Below are positions 28,284 to 37,882 of a stretch of 64,000 nt of DNA, in pieces. The position numbers were made by a program, and so were the translations under genes. Each line of letters starts with the position of its first letter. Positions within the stretch are counted from its first letter, which is position 1. The DNA comes from Opitutaceae bacterium. Lineage in GTDB: Bacteria; Verrucomicrobiota; Verrucomicrobiia; Opitutales; Coraliomargaritaceae. The notes beneath the pieces were generated by a model. It ran no database searches, was not told the origin of the DNA, and saw only the letters and a list, made by a program, of their open reading frames with translations. The stretch covers positions 96,001 through 160,000 of the forward strand of contig JBPOFY010000006.1 of assembly GCA_051252375.1 (NCBI GenBank), in the 5' to 3' direction.

Positions 28284-29198
28284 CTACTGGAAGTATCTAG
28301 CTGCGAGATATTTGGCGATACGTTCGGCTTCGTTGAGTGCGGGGGGATTTTTGAATTCGTTCAAATCTGCTTGGGCTGCGGTAAAAGGTAAGAGGTATGC
28401 CTCTTTGATCAGTCCATCTAAGCCAGTGAGGACTCTTGATTTGCCGGTTTTTCTGATGCCGAGAAGTAGCCCGACTTTTGCGCCGGAGCTGAGTGCTTCG
28501 TAAACCATGGAAACGCTGTCTTCGGTGGCCCAAACGAGTGATGCCGTAGCCAGTGTTTCAGGGAGCCATGTTTCACTGGTATTATCAACGGGGATGACTG
28601 TGAGTCTTGGGTGATCGATGGCTTGAAGTTTTGTCGTGGTGCTTTCGGGTGTTCGACGCGAAGTGGTCAGGGTCCATTTTGTCGCTTCTTCGGTATCTAA
28701 TATCGTGTTGATCTGTTCGAGCAGTTTCGTCTCGTCCCAATCATGGTGCTGCGAGGGACCGCCGACGAGGAACAGTCCGCTTGAGAGATCTTTCGTGTCG
28801 CTGGGGCGAATGCGGTTCATCGCGCCTTTGGTAGTTAGAATATTGGCACCTTTTCGATTGTCGTGCTCGGGCACGATGCAGAGGTCGAAGAGCTTGGTGA
28901 GACCGCGCGGTGGTGCCATGATGACGATGGTCGGCGTATCAGTGGCGCGACCCGCGGCAAGTATGGTGGAATGCGTGCGGCTGCCGGTGCCGATGATCAG
29001 GTCCGGTTTGCTCTGTTCCTTGGCAAATGGGAACTGTCCTTTGAACGCGTGGAGCCATGAAGCTTTATGTTCGGCGAGGTCAATTTTGACGGTTTTGACG
29101 TCTAAATGTTGCGACAAAGCGTCGATGAGGCCTGCGCTTTGATTTTCATGTCCGCGCTTCCCGTCTGATATTTGCCAAATGATTTTTGCTTCTGCCAT
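28284..29198 (-). CDS. ELM1/GtrOC1-family putative glycosyltransferase
   Basis: SDGKRGHENQ, PEHD, TTSRRTP, TEDSVSMVYEA. Confidence 0.85.
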   Translation of the reverse strand: MAEAKIIWQISDGKRGHENQSAGLIDALSQHLDVKTVKIDLAEHKASWLHAFKGQFPFAKEQSKPDLIIGTGSRTHSTILAAGRATDTPTIVIMAPPRGLTKLFDLCIVPEHDNRKGANILTTKGAMNRIRPSDTKDLSSGLFLVGGPSQHHDWDETKLLEQINTILDTEEATKWTLTTSRRTPESTTTKLQAIDHPRLTVIPVDNTSETWLPETLATASLVWATEDSVSMVYEALSSGAKVGLLLGIRKTGKSRVLTGLDGLIKEAYLLPFTAAQADLNEFKNPPALNEAERIAKYLAARYFQ

Positions 29199-29318
29199 TT
29201 ACTCTTTTGCTAACATTTACGGTATGCGGAGTTTTCACCAGTCAAAAAAGGAATATGGGTTTTTGGTCATTTGATGCTCGTCTCTGCGCTAGGAGTGGGT
29301 TTCGTGTGAAGGATTGCG

Positions 29319-32300
29319 ATGACGACTACGAAAAACAGATTAGAAGGCTTGGAGGGGTTTGAAAACCTCGATGTTGGTGAACTGTATTATATCGGTAACC
29401 GTCAGTTCGTGGAGCGTGGTTTGGCCTATTATCGAAACTTCGCGGTCGAAGGGTTTGAATGGGATAATAAGGAGAAGCGTCTTTCCGCTATTGTTCAAGG
29501 GAATCGCCGTGAACCTTATGATGTCAAATTGCAGGTGCGTGCGGGCGAGATGGAGTTTCAATGCGATTGTCCATCTTGGAGCACCTATGGTGGTTGTAAG
29601 CACGTGATTGCTGCCACGGCGGCGATGTTTTTGGCGGTTCAAGGCAAGAGTGTGGGTGGTTTTGAAATGCCGCCCGACTACGCGCAGGATTTGCGTAAGC
29701 AATTGGGCTATCGCGATGTTGGTGGCAGCACGCTGGCTGAGGATGGTAGCGAAGAGATAGTTGAGACGGAGCTTTGGCTGATGGAAGTGCGCGGCTTCGG
29801 TAATTTAGATTTTCAGATTCGAGGAGAGGTGCCGCAGGAGTTACTGCATTCGGTAGGGGTGACTTTACCCAGTAGTTATGGGTTTTCGGTGGCTAGAGAG
29901 TTTTCCTTGGGATCGGTGGCGAAAAATCTACCCAAACTGCTGAGCCAAGCGAAAGCGGCGAAGATTCCGGTGACTATTGGTGTCAATGGTGACCCGAAGA
30001 CTATGCAAATGCGGCGTAAGGCCTGTCACATGCGAGTTGTTTACGATTACTCAGACGATCAAGTGAATCGCGCCCTGCATTTTTCGAATGATGCTGGCAA
30101 GCCGTTGGAAGCCTATAGTCTAATTCCGGAAAGTCCTTTTGTTATTTTGACGAATGGCGATTTACACCGGGTGAAAGGTTTAGAGGACGGCGTTACAGAA
30201 GATGGTGGGCGACTTCTGTTTTCAACCGATGGTGAAAGCTTTAACGATACTGCCTATCACCGTCATTATGGACCGATGAAGGCCAAGGCGGCGGATTATG
30301 CTTTTCGTGTCGATGGTGAAGCGATTGAGCCGGAAGTAATTGAGGGCAAAGCGGTGCGAATCGAAATGGATTTACATGCGGTTGAAAATGCAGCCGGAGA
30401 GCGTGAGTCGTTGGAGTTCGAGTTGTATGCTAGTATCGGCGAGTTGAAGCTGGATTTGCAGGCCTACCAGGAGTCATTGATTGAGTCAGTCCTGTCGGGG
30501 TCTTATGGTGCTTTACTATCTGCGAAACGTCGTGTGCGTGCCTTGAGTGATTTGTTGCGTCGGGTGCTTTCGGCGAATGAGCAATCAGTTGCGATTGATT
30601 TGCATGAGCTCGCGGCAGATTTCCCAGAACTGCTTTCTGAAGAGTTTGGTAGCGTGGTGCGCCATATCGTGGATAAAGTCGTGAACTTTATCGGCGCAAG
30701 TCGTGTCGATGAGCCACGTCTGGTTTTGGATGAAGCACAAGCGCGTTGGTTGGCTAGTCCGTTGCACTTGGGCAAAGTGTCCATGCTCCTATTTAGTATG
30801 TATGATGCGGTTTCTCGCGACGATTTGAAAGGGTTGTCTGAGGGACGCTTGATGCTTTCACGCCATGATAATGATGATGGTGTGCTGCAGCGCCTGGTCT
30901 CGGTTTGCGCGGCGCTGGGTGTGCGTGTCCGATTCAATGATCAAGCCATTCGCACGGCACCACTTTCGATCAGTTTGCAAGGTCGCCATGGCGGCGCGGG
31001 TAATGACATCGATTGGTTTGAGTTACATCCTTCGATCACTTGCGGTGACCGGAGTATCAGCCAGTCGGAATGGAAACGTTTAATCCGTGGACAACTTTTC
31101 CTCGAAGCCGAAGACGGTAGTTTGATTATGCCTGAGGTTGGGGAGGGCGAGGCGGATGGTCTGCAAATGATTGCCGAAATCCTGCAACGAGGTCGCCCGA
31201 GCCACGGTGAGACTGGGTTAGGCTCACAAGGTGGTTTGCAGATTTCACGCTTGGAAATGCTTGATTGGATCGCACTGCGCCGACGTGGCGTGCAGGTGGA
31301 TTTGCCGGAATCAGTGGAAAGTGTTTTTCAGAGTTTAACACAGTTCGAACAACTTGCGGAATTTGTGCCGCCGAAAAAACTGCAGGCGCAGTTGCGCCCA
31401 TATCAACGTGATGGCTGTGCGTGGATTGACTTCATGTATACGCACCGCTTTGGCGCATGTTTGGCGGATGACATGGGGCTCGGTAAGACGGTGCAAACGA
31501 TTGCCTTCCTAGCGCATCGATTTGAACTGGCTACGGAAGAAGATCCGCTCGCGTCTGTCCTGATCGTGGTGCCGCCGAGTTTGGTTTTCAATTGGTTGGA
31601 CGAGTTTGCCCGGTTCGCGCCGCACATTCGTGTGACTGATTGCCTCAGCCCGTCGAAGTGGGAGCACTCGCTTCAAAACGCTCAAGTGGTTCTCACAACT
31701 TATGATCGCGTGCGCATTGAAGCCAAAACGATGTCAGAACATCAATTTGACATTCTAGTTTTTGATGAGGCACACAACTTGAAGAATGTTTCGACCGCAC
31801 GGACGAAAGCCGCTGCGCGTTTGAACCGTCGTTTCACACTTTGCTTAACTGGAACACCGGTTGAAAATAACGTCTCTGAATTCTTCTCAGTTCTCACAGC
31901 AACGGTCCCCGGAATTTTCGGGCATTTGAAAGATTTCAAGGAGCGCTATCGCAAGGAACCTCAAAAAACATTGCGCCGTGCAGCGCCTTTCGTGCTCCGA
32001 CGCACTAAAGAAAAGATACTGAAAGAACTACCGAAGAAGGAAGAGCACGAACTCTTCCTTGAGATGTCTCCGATTCAGAAAGAAATTTACACGCGGACAG
32101 TGTCAGAGGTTCGCGCAGAAGTCGCAGAGGCGTATCAAGATCGTCCTGAGCAACAAGCTGGGATTGTGGCCTTGGCAGCGATTCTTCGATTGCGTCAAGT
32201 GTGCGTGAGCCCGGCTTTGTTGGGCAAGCCAATGGCGGAACCCGCGCCCAAGTTCATTCACATGGCAGACCAACTGGAAGAGCTCCAAGCAGAAGGAAAT

Positions 32301-32765
32301 TCAGCTTTAGTATTCAGTCAGTTCATTGGCGGGCTGGATCAAATGCAGGCGATTGCGGAGGAGCGAAGTATTCCATTTTTACGAATGGACGGCAGCACAC
32401 CCGTTCCGAAGCGCAAAGAACTTGTTCAGCGTTTTCAAAGTGGCGAGGGTCCCTCATTCTTCTTTATCAGTTTAAAAACTGGTGGTGTCGGTTTGAACTT
32501 AACCCGCGCGAATTACGTCTTCCACTTAGATCCTTGGTGGAATCCTGCTGTGGAGAATCAAGCCAGCGACCGCGCGCACCGTATCGGGCAGACTCGCTCA
32601 GTGTTCGTCCAGCGCCTGATCATGCAGCACACGATCGAAGCGCGTATGTTGGAATTGAAGGCCCGTAAGGCCGAGTTGTTCCGTCAATTGGTCGAAGAAC
32701 CCGGTGGTAAATCAGCATCTGCGAAGCTTAGCCGTAGCGATTTGGACTATTTGCTCGAAGGCTAG
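29319..32765 (+). CDS. SWIM-domain SNF2-family helicase
   Basis: CDCP...CKH SWIM motif, LADDMGLGKT, DEAH, LTGTPVEN, DPWWNPAVENQASDRAHRIGQ. Confidence 0.92.
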   Translation: MTTTKNRLEGLEGFENLDVGELYYIGNRQFVERGLAYYRNFAVEGFEWDNKEKRLSAIVQGNRREPYDVKLQVRAGEMEFQCDCPSWSTYGGCKHVIAATAAMFLAVQGKSVGGFEMPPDYAQDLRKQLGYRDVGGSTLAEDGSEEIVETELWLMEVRGFGNLDFQIRGEVPQELLHSVGVTLPSSYGFSVAREFSLGSVAKNLPKLLSQAKAAKIPVTIGVNGDPKTMQMRRKACHMRVVYDYSDDQVNRALHFSNDAGKPLEAYSLIPESPFVILTNGDLHRVKGLEDGVTEDGGRLLFSTDGESFNDTAYHRHYGPMKAKAADYAFRVDGEAIEPEVIEGKAVRIEMDLHAVENAAGERESLEFELYASIGELKLDLQAYQESLIESVLSGSYGALLSAKRRVRALSDLLRRVLSANEQSVAIDLHELAADFPELLSEEFGSVVRHIVDKVVNFIGASRVDEPRLVLDEAQARWLASPLHLGKVSMLLFSMYDAVSRDDLKGLSEGRLMLSRHDNDDGVLQRLVSVCAALGVRVRFNDQAIRTAPLSISLQGRHGGAGNDIDWFELHPSITCGDRSISQSEWKRLIRGQLFLEAEDGSLIMPEVGEGEADGLQMIAEILQRGRPSHGETGLGSQGGLQISRLEMLDWIALRRRGVQVDLPESVESVFQSLTQFEQLAEFVPPKKLQAQLRPYQRDGCAWIDFMYTHRFGACLADDMGLGKTVQTIAFLAHRFELATEEDPLASVLIVVPPSLVFNWLDEFARFAPHIRVTDCLSPSKWEHSLQNAQVVLTTYDRVRIEAKTMSEHQFDILVFDEAHNLKNVSTARTKAAARLNRRFTLCLTGTPVENNVSEFFSVLTATVPGIFGHLKDFKERYRKEPQKTLRRAAPFVLRRTKEKILKELPKKEEHELFLEMSPIQKEIYTRTVSEVRAEVAEAYQDRPEQQAGIVALAAILRLRQVCVSPALLGKPMAEPAPKFIHMADQLEELQAEGNSALVFSQFIGGLDQMQAIAEERSIPFLRMDGSTPVPKRKELVQRFQSGEGPSFFFISLKTGGVGLNLTRANYVFHLDPWWNPAVENQASDRAHRIGQTRSVFVQRLIMQHTIEARMLELKARKAELFRQLVEEPGGKSASAKLSRSDLDYLLEG

Positions 32766-32820
32766 TTTCCATTCATGTCTTGACTGTTTTCCGTCTTCTG
32801 TCTTCTCAATTCACCTTCAA

Positions 32821-34095
32821 ATGATCGATATTAAGCTCCTTCGCGAGCAGCCGGAGTTCGTCCGCGCTGCCATTGCTAATAAAAAATTCAAGACCGACAT
32901 CGATGCGGTCTTGGAACTTGACGCTACCCGCCGCTCTAAGATTACGGATGCGGAACAAGCCCGGGCGGCTCAAAAAGCGGCCAATCAGGAAATGGCTGCG
33001 TTGCCGAAGGGCTCTCCTGAGTTTATAGCGAAAGTAGGGGAGATGAAGAGCATCGCCGCCAGCGCTAAAGAGCTGGAGTCGGAAGCGAAAGCAGCCGACG
33101 AAGCCTTTCAAGAAGCTTTTCTCTCCATTCCGAATCTTCCGGATCCATCGGTTCCCATTGGGAAGGGCGAAGACGAGAATGTGGTCGCTTCGACTTGGGG
33201 CGATGCGGATGCCGAATTTCCGAATGCATTGCCGCACTTCGATATTCCATGGTTTGAATCGCGTGTTGATTTTGCCCGTGGGGTGAAGACTGCCGGTGCA
33301 GGCTTTCCTTTCTATGTCGGTGAGATGTCACGCTTAGTGCGTGCGTTGATTAATTTCTTTTTAGAAGAAGCCCGTCAAAATGGTTACGAAGAGGTCCTAC
33401 CTCCGATCGTAGTGAATGCTGAGAGCGCGACCGCAACTGGCCAATTGCCTGATAAAGAAGGTCAGATGTATTTCGACGAGAAAGAAGGTCTCTATCTCAT
33501 TCCGACCGCTGAGGTGCCAGTGACTAACTTCTATCGCGACGAAATTTTTGATGCCGATCAGTTGCCAGTCTATCGTTGCGCATACACACCTTGCTTCCGT
33601 CGTGAAGCTGGTAGTTGGGGTGCTCACGTGCGTGGCCTAAATCGCCTGCACCAGTTCGATAAGGTCGAATTGGTGAAGTGGACCGACAACGAGAGCAGCA
33701 TGGAAGAGCTCGAAAAGCTGCGCGACAACGTCGAAGGCACGCTACAAAAGCTCGGTCTGCCATACCGCGTGTTACGCATGTGCACCGGCGACATCGGTTT
33801 TACACACGCAAAGCAATACGACCTCGAAGTCTTTGCCGCTGGTCAAAAGCGTTGGCTCGAAGTCTCCAGTTGCAGTAATTTCACTGATTTCCAAGCGCGT
33901 CGTGCCGGCATCCGTTATCGTGGTGCCGATGGCAAGCCGCTGACCGCACACACACTCAATGGCTCCGGTCTTGCTGTGCCTCGTGTATTGGCAGCGATTT
34001 TGGAAAACAACCTACAAGCCGATGGCCGCGTGAAGGTCCCTGACTGTCTACAATATTGGATGCAGCAGGAATTTATTGGCGAGCTCAAGGCGTAG
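32821..34095 (+). CDS. serS: Serine--tRNA ligase
   Basis: N-terminal coiled coil, LIPTAEVP, CFRREAG, EVSSCSN, HTLNGSGLA. Confidence 0.97.
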   Translation: MIDIKLLREQPEFVRAAIANKKFKTDIDAVLELDATRRSKITDAEQARAAQKAANQEMAALPKGSPEFIAKVGEMKSIAASAKELESEAKAADEAFQEAFLSIPNLPDPSVPIGKGEDENVVASTWGDADAEFPNALPHFDIPWFESRVDFARGVKTAGAGFPFYVGEMSRLVRALINFFLEEARQNGYEEVLPPIVVNAESATATGQLPDKEGQMYFDEKEGLYLIPTAEVPVTNFYRDEIFDADQLPVYRCAYTPCFRREAGSWGAHVRGLNRLHQFDKVELVKWTDNESSMEELEKLRDNVEGTLQKLGLPYRVLRMCTGDIGFTHAKQYDLEVFAAGQKRWLEVSSCSNFTDFQARRAGIRYRGADGKPLTAHTLNGSGLAVPRVLAAILENNLQADGRVKVPDCLQYWMQQEFIGELKA

Positions 34096-34126
34096 TCGGG
34101 GGACAGAATTACGAATTTGCATTTTG

Positions 34127-34227
34127 TGTAGCCACGTCACTCTGTGACGTGATCTTGTCGGATGTGTGACGTGCTGGTTAGAGTTGAGAGGTCATCTATG
34201 ACACGGTAGGGGACTGCCGTGGCTACA
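34127..34227. repeat. REP-like inverted pair (TGTAGCCAC family)
   Basis: 34127-34154 is the exact reverse complement of 14153-14180; partner ends ...CCGTGGCTACA at 34227. Confidence 0.8.
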
Positions 34228-34370
34228 AAACTGTTCTCTGTGATTTGGCTTTTCGGGTTTGTTTATATCGTCGCTGTTGCTGTTTCAGCAAAGAATTCGG
34301 CATTATCTGCGTGAAATTACGTAGATGCTAAAGCTTGCTTTGAGCCACCACATGCCAAGTATTCAGTTCA

Positions 34371-34610
34371 ATGGAAGAACTTAAAGAAGCCTTAATGTCA
34401 CGGAACATCATCGTATGGATTATATTCGTTGTTGTTTTGGTAGTGATTCTGAAGTTCCTAAAAAGTGCGAGCAAGTGGTTCATCCTCTTATTGGCGGTCA
34501 TTGTTATGGGCTTCGTTTTGCACAAGGTATCCCCTGGAGTGGTCGATCCTTTGATTGATTTTGTCCGTGGTGGCTGGCTGGGTGAACATCGCCCAGAAGG
34601 TTCTTGGTAG
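34371..34610 (+). CDS. Small hypothetical membrane protein
   Basis: Two hydrophobic helices, 79 aa. Confidence 0.6.
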   Translation: MEELKEALMSRNIIVWIIFVVVLVVILKFLKSASKWFILLLAVIVMGFVLHKVSPGVVDPLIDFVRGGWLGEHRPEGSW

Positions 34611-34658
34611 CACTTTGGCATTGCAGGCTAGGCGTTGGGCACTTTGCTTGCTGCCCTT

Positions 34659-36179
34659 ATGGCTAAACAGGCACAAACCGCTATCACTCCAACTCGCGAA
34701 GAAGACTATCCCGAATGGTATCAACAGGTCGTTAAGGCCGCCGATCTCGCAGAGACTTCGCCCGTGCGCGGCTGCATGGTGATCAAACCATGGGGTTATG
34801 CGATCTGGGAGAATATCCAGCGCGACCTTGATCGTCGTTTTAAAGAGACTGGACATAAGAACGCCTATTTTCCGCTCTTCATCCCCATGAGTTTTTTGCA
34901 GAAGGAAGCGGACCACGTCGAAGGCTTCGCCAAGGAGTGCGCCGTGGTCACACACTCGCGCCTCGAAGCAGATGAGGATGGTAAGCTACAGCCCGCTGGT
35001 CCACTCGAAGAGCCACTCATCGTGCGCCCAACATCAGAGACCATCATCGGCGATCTTTTTTCCAAGTGGGTGCAGTCCTACCGTGACCTGCCATTGTTGA
35101 TCAACCAATGGGCCAACGTCGTTCGCTGGGAAATGCGCACACGTCTGTTTCTCCGCACCACAGAGTTTCTCTGGCAGGAGGGTCACACCGTGCACGCGAC
35201 CTCAGAAGACGCGATGGAAGAGACGCGCAAGATGCTCGAAGTTTACGCCGACTTTTCCGAGAAATACATGGCTGTGCCTGTGCTCACTGGTGAAAAGACC
35301 GAAGCAGAGCGCTTCCCCGGTGCCGATGCGACCTTCGCCATTGAAGCCATGATGCAGGACCGCAAGGCACTACAAGCCGGCACCTCGCACTTTCTTGGGC
35401 AAAATTTCGCCAAGTCCAGCAACATCAAATATCTCAGTGCCGAAGGCAAAGAGGAGTTTGCTTGGACTACCTCTTGGGGTGTTTCCACTCGCTTGATCGG
35501 TGGATTGATTATGACGCACTCTGACGATGACGGCCTAGTCTTGCCGCCGCGTATCGCACCTTCGCACCTCGTCATCATTCCTGTCACACCGAAGGAAGAA
35601 ACACGTCAGCAAGTGCTCGATTACTGCACTGAGTTGAAGAAAGACTTGGAAGCGCAAAACTATCTCGATGGTCGCGTGCGTGTTGAATTTGACGACCGTG
35701 ATATTCGCGGTGGCGAAAAAGCCTGGGGCTGGATTAAAAAGGGCATTCCGCTTCGCGTTGAAGTCGGCCCGCGCGATATGGATGGCAATTCCGTGTTCGT
35801 TGGTCGCCGTGACCGCGCACCGAAAGACAAACAAAGCTATGGCCGCGATGAATTCGTCAGTGGCGTAGTCGATCTGCTTGAAGATATACAAGACACCTTA
35901 CTCGCTCGTGCGAAGAAGTTCCGCAAGGAGCACACCAGAGAGATCACTAGCGAAGCAGAATTCGTCGCATTCTTCACACCGAAGAATGCGGACAATCCCG
36001 AAATTCACGGCGGCTTTGCCTCGACCGGTTTCTGCTGCGATCCCGAGCTAGAAGATCAAATCGCGAAAAAATATAAAGTGACCGTGCGCTGCATACCCAA
36101 CGCAACCGTCAATGAAGTCGTGCCCTGTGCTTTCACCGGTAAGCCAGGTAAGCGCGTCATCTTTGCGAAGAGTTACTAG
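34659..36179 (+). CDS. proS: Proline--tRNA ligase (archaeal/eukaryote-like type)
   Basis: RPTSET, QWANVVRWE, FLWQEGHT, LQAGTSH, TSWGVSTR, C-terminal FAKSY. Confidence 0.97.
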   Translation: MAKQAQTAITPTREEDYPEWYQQVVKAADLAETSPVRGCMVIKPWGYAIWENIQRDLDRRFKETGHKNAYFPLFIPMSFLQKEADHVEGFAKECAVVTHSRLEADEDGKLQPAGPLEEPLIVRPTSETIIGDLFSKWVQSYRDLPLLINQWANVVRWEMRTRLFLRTTEFLWQEGHTVHATSEDAMEETRKMLEVYADFSEKYMAVPVLTGEKTEAERFPGADATFAIEAMMQDRKALQAGTSHFLGQNFAKSSNIKYLSAEGKEEFAWTTSWGVSTRLIGGLIMTHSDDDGLVLPPRIAPSHLVIIPVTPKEETRQQVLDYCTELKKDLEAQNYLDGRVRVEFDDRDIRGGEKAWGWIKKGIPLRVEVGPRDMDGNSVFVGRRDRAPKDKQSYGRDEFVSGVVDLLEDIQDTLLARAKKFRKEHTREITSEAEFVAFFTPKNADNPEIHGGFASTGFCCDPELEDQIAKKYKVTVRCIPNATVNEVVPCAFTGKPGKRVIFAKSY

Positions 36180-36181
36180 TT

Positions 36182-36208
36182 CTGGAGGGCGACGCTCCGT
36201 CGTCGCCG
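36182..36208. repeat. REP-like hairpin (CTGGAGGGCG family)
   Basis: Matches the reverse complement of 14222-14248 except for one compensatory base pair. Confidence 0.75.
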
Positions 36209-36228
36209 ATCTTCATTAAGCAACCGAC

Positions 36229-37617
36229 TTATGACCGAGAGGTCTTTGCTAGGTCGGAGCTGACATCTTCGAACCAAGCGAGTAGGTCGGCCTCGAGTCG
36301 CGCGACGCGATCGGGGTGGCTCTGCGCTAGGTTGTTTTGTTCTGAGGGGTCTTCCTTGATGTTGTAGAGCTCAACGGGCGGAGGCGCGGGTATATCAATG
36401 TGCGGCTTCGGGTCGGTGATGATACCGTTCTCGATGAAGTGCTCTGGATTATACATGGAAACGTCGAGCCACTGAATGTCAGGCACTTCGAGTGCTTCGG
36501 GCAAGAATGGGCGCACTAACTTCCAGTCGCCGTCGCGGATAGCAGCGTTGTATTCGATTAGTGGGTCGTAGCGGTTCCATTGCCAGCAGCGCTTGGGCTC
36601 GTAGATATCCGCTTCGCCGCGGATGGCTGCGCTTTGATCGACACCGTCAAGCTTGATGTCTTTTGGCGCGTCGATCCCAGCGAGGCTGAGAATGGTGGGT
36701 AGCCAATCTGTCATGTGGAAGAACCCATCGTCAGCAGTCTTGTTGTGATCAAGCCCAGCCGGCCAACGAATGACCGCCGGCACGCGAATGCCACCTTCAT
36801 AAGTGCAGCCTTTGGCGCCGTGTAGCTCACAGTTGAAGCGGTCGAGGGTGCTGTCACCTTCGGGGCCGAATTGTGGGCCGTTGTCGCTGGAGAAAATGAT
36901 CAAGGTGTTTTCACGTAGGCCGAGTCGGTCGACGTTTACGAGCAGACGACCGACATTGCTGTCCAGTCGGCGGATCATGGCGTAGAGCGTCCTTACGGCT
37001 TCGCTCAAGTCTTCGCGGTCGCGGAAGACGGCCATGTCCTCCTCCGGTGCCTGAAGTGGTGTGTGAGGCGCGTTGTAGGTGAGGTGTAGGTAGAAAGGGT
37101 CTTTCTTCGGTCTGTGCTGGAGGAAGTTAATCGCTTCGTCTGTCCAGTAGTCGGTCAGGTAGCGGCCGTCGGAGCGCATTACGCGGTCGCCCGATTCGAG
37201 GCGCCAATCGTAGTAGTCGTGCATGCCACCGCGAAAGCAGATGGCGTCGTCGAAGCCACGGTTTTCCGGCTTATAGCGGGGGTCGAAGGCGCCAAGGTGC
37301 CATTTGCCGATCAGCCCCGTGCGGTAACCTTCGCGGCGCAGCATGTCGGCGATGGTCACTTCGCTGAGATCGAGTCGTTCCAGACCGCGCCACTCCAGAG
37401 TGTCGATCGATCCCGTGCGGTGCGGGTAGCGCCCGGTCAGCAACGAAGCGCGCGACGGATTACAGACTGGCGAGCTGGTATAGTGCTGCGATAGGCAGGT
37501 GCTTTCTTGAATGAACTGATCGAGATTCGGCGTCTCGCTGAGACCATTGTTGAAACAGCTGAAGTCTCCATAGCCGAGGTCGTCGACGAGGATGTGTATG
37601 ATGTTCGGACGGGACAT
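36229..37617 (-). CDS. Sulfatase (S1 family, no signal peptide)
   Basis: PNIIHILVDDLG, CNPSRASLLTG (CxPxR), GKWHLG, SDNG. Confidence 0.93.
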   Translation of the reverse strand: MSRPNIIHILVDDLGYGDFSCFNNGLSETPNLDQFIQESTCLSQHYTSSPVCNPSRASLLTGRYPHRTGSIDTLEWRGLERLDLSEVTIADMLRREGYRTGLIGKWHLGAFDPRYKPENRGFDDAICFRGGMHDYYDWRLESGDRVMRSDGRYLTDYWTDEAINFLQHRPKKDPFYLHLTYNAPHTPLQAPEEDMAVFRDREDLSEAVRTLYAMIRRLDSNVGRLLVNVDRLGLRENTLIIFSSDNGPQFGPEGDSTLDRFNCELHGAKGCTYEGGIRVPAVIRWPAGLDHNKTADDGFFHMTDWLPTILSLAGIDAPKDIKLDGVDQSAAIRGEADIYEPKRCWQWNRYDPLIEYNAAIRDGDWKLVRPFLPEALEVPDIQWLDVSMYNPEHFIENGIITDPKPHIDIPAPPPVELYNIKEDPSEQNNLAQSHPDRVARLEADLLAWFEDVSSDLAKTSRS

Positions 37618-37882
37618 ATTATATGAAAGCACTGAAGTGTTATAGTAGTATACATCTGATTTTGATGTCCTTCTTTTTGCGAGAAAATTGTCGGTTCAAT
37701 TTTTACGAAATGTAAGATTTATGGTCCTTTAATGCGCTTTACTATCTCTTCTAATCGGGGCGTTTGTTGAACTTACATGCTCAAATCGTGTCGTTTCACT
37801 TATATCTAGTAATTAGGGTGAAATAATTATTGTTAGTATTCACTTTTTTGATCATGTTTTCGTAATTCTGTAAAAAACACCC

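Noticed and set aside
29319..32765. SNF2 helicase as a defence-system component
   Set aside because: Stand-alone SWIM-SNF2 next to serS with no methylase, nuclease or other defence partner; a common chromosomal gene.
32704..32820. N-terminal extension of SerS in the ORF track
   Set aside because: Overlaps the SNF2 gene end; the canonical MIDIKLLRE start is at 32821.
34659..36179. Eukaryote/archaea-type ProRS as a sign of recent horizontal transfer
   Set aside because: This ProRS type is widespread in several bacterial phyla, and its codon usage looks native.
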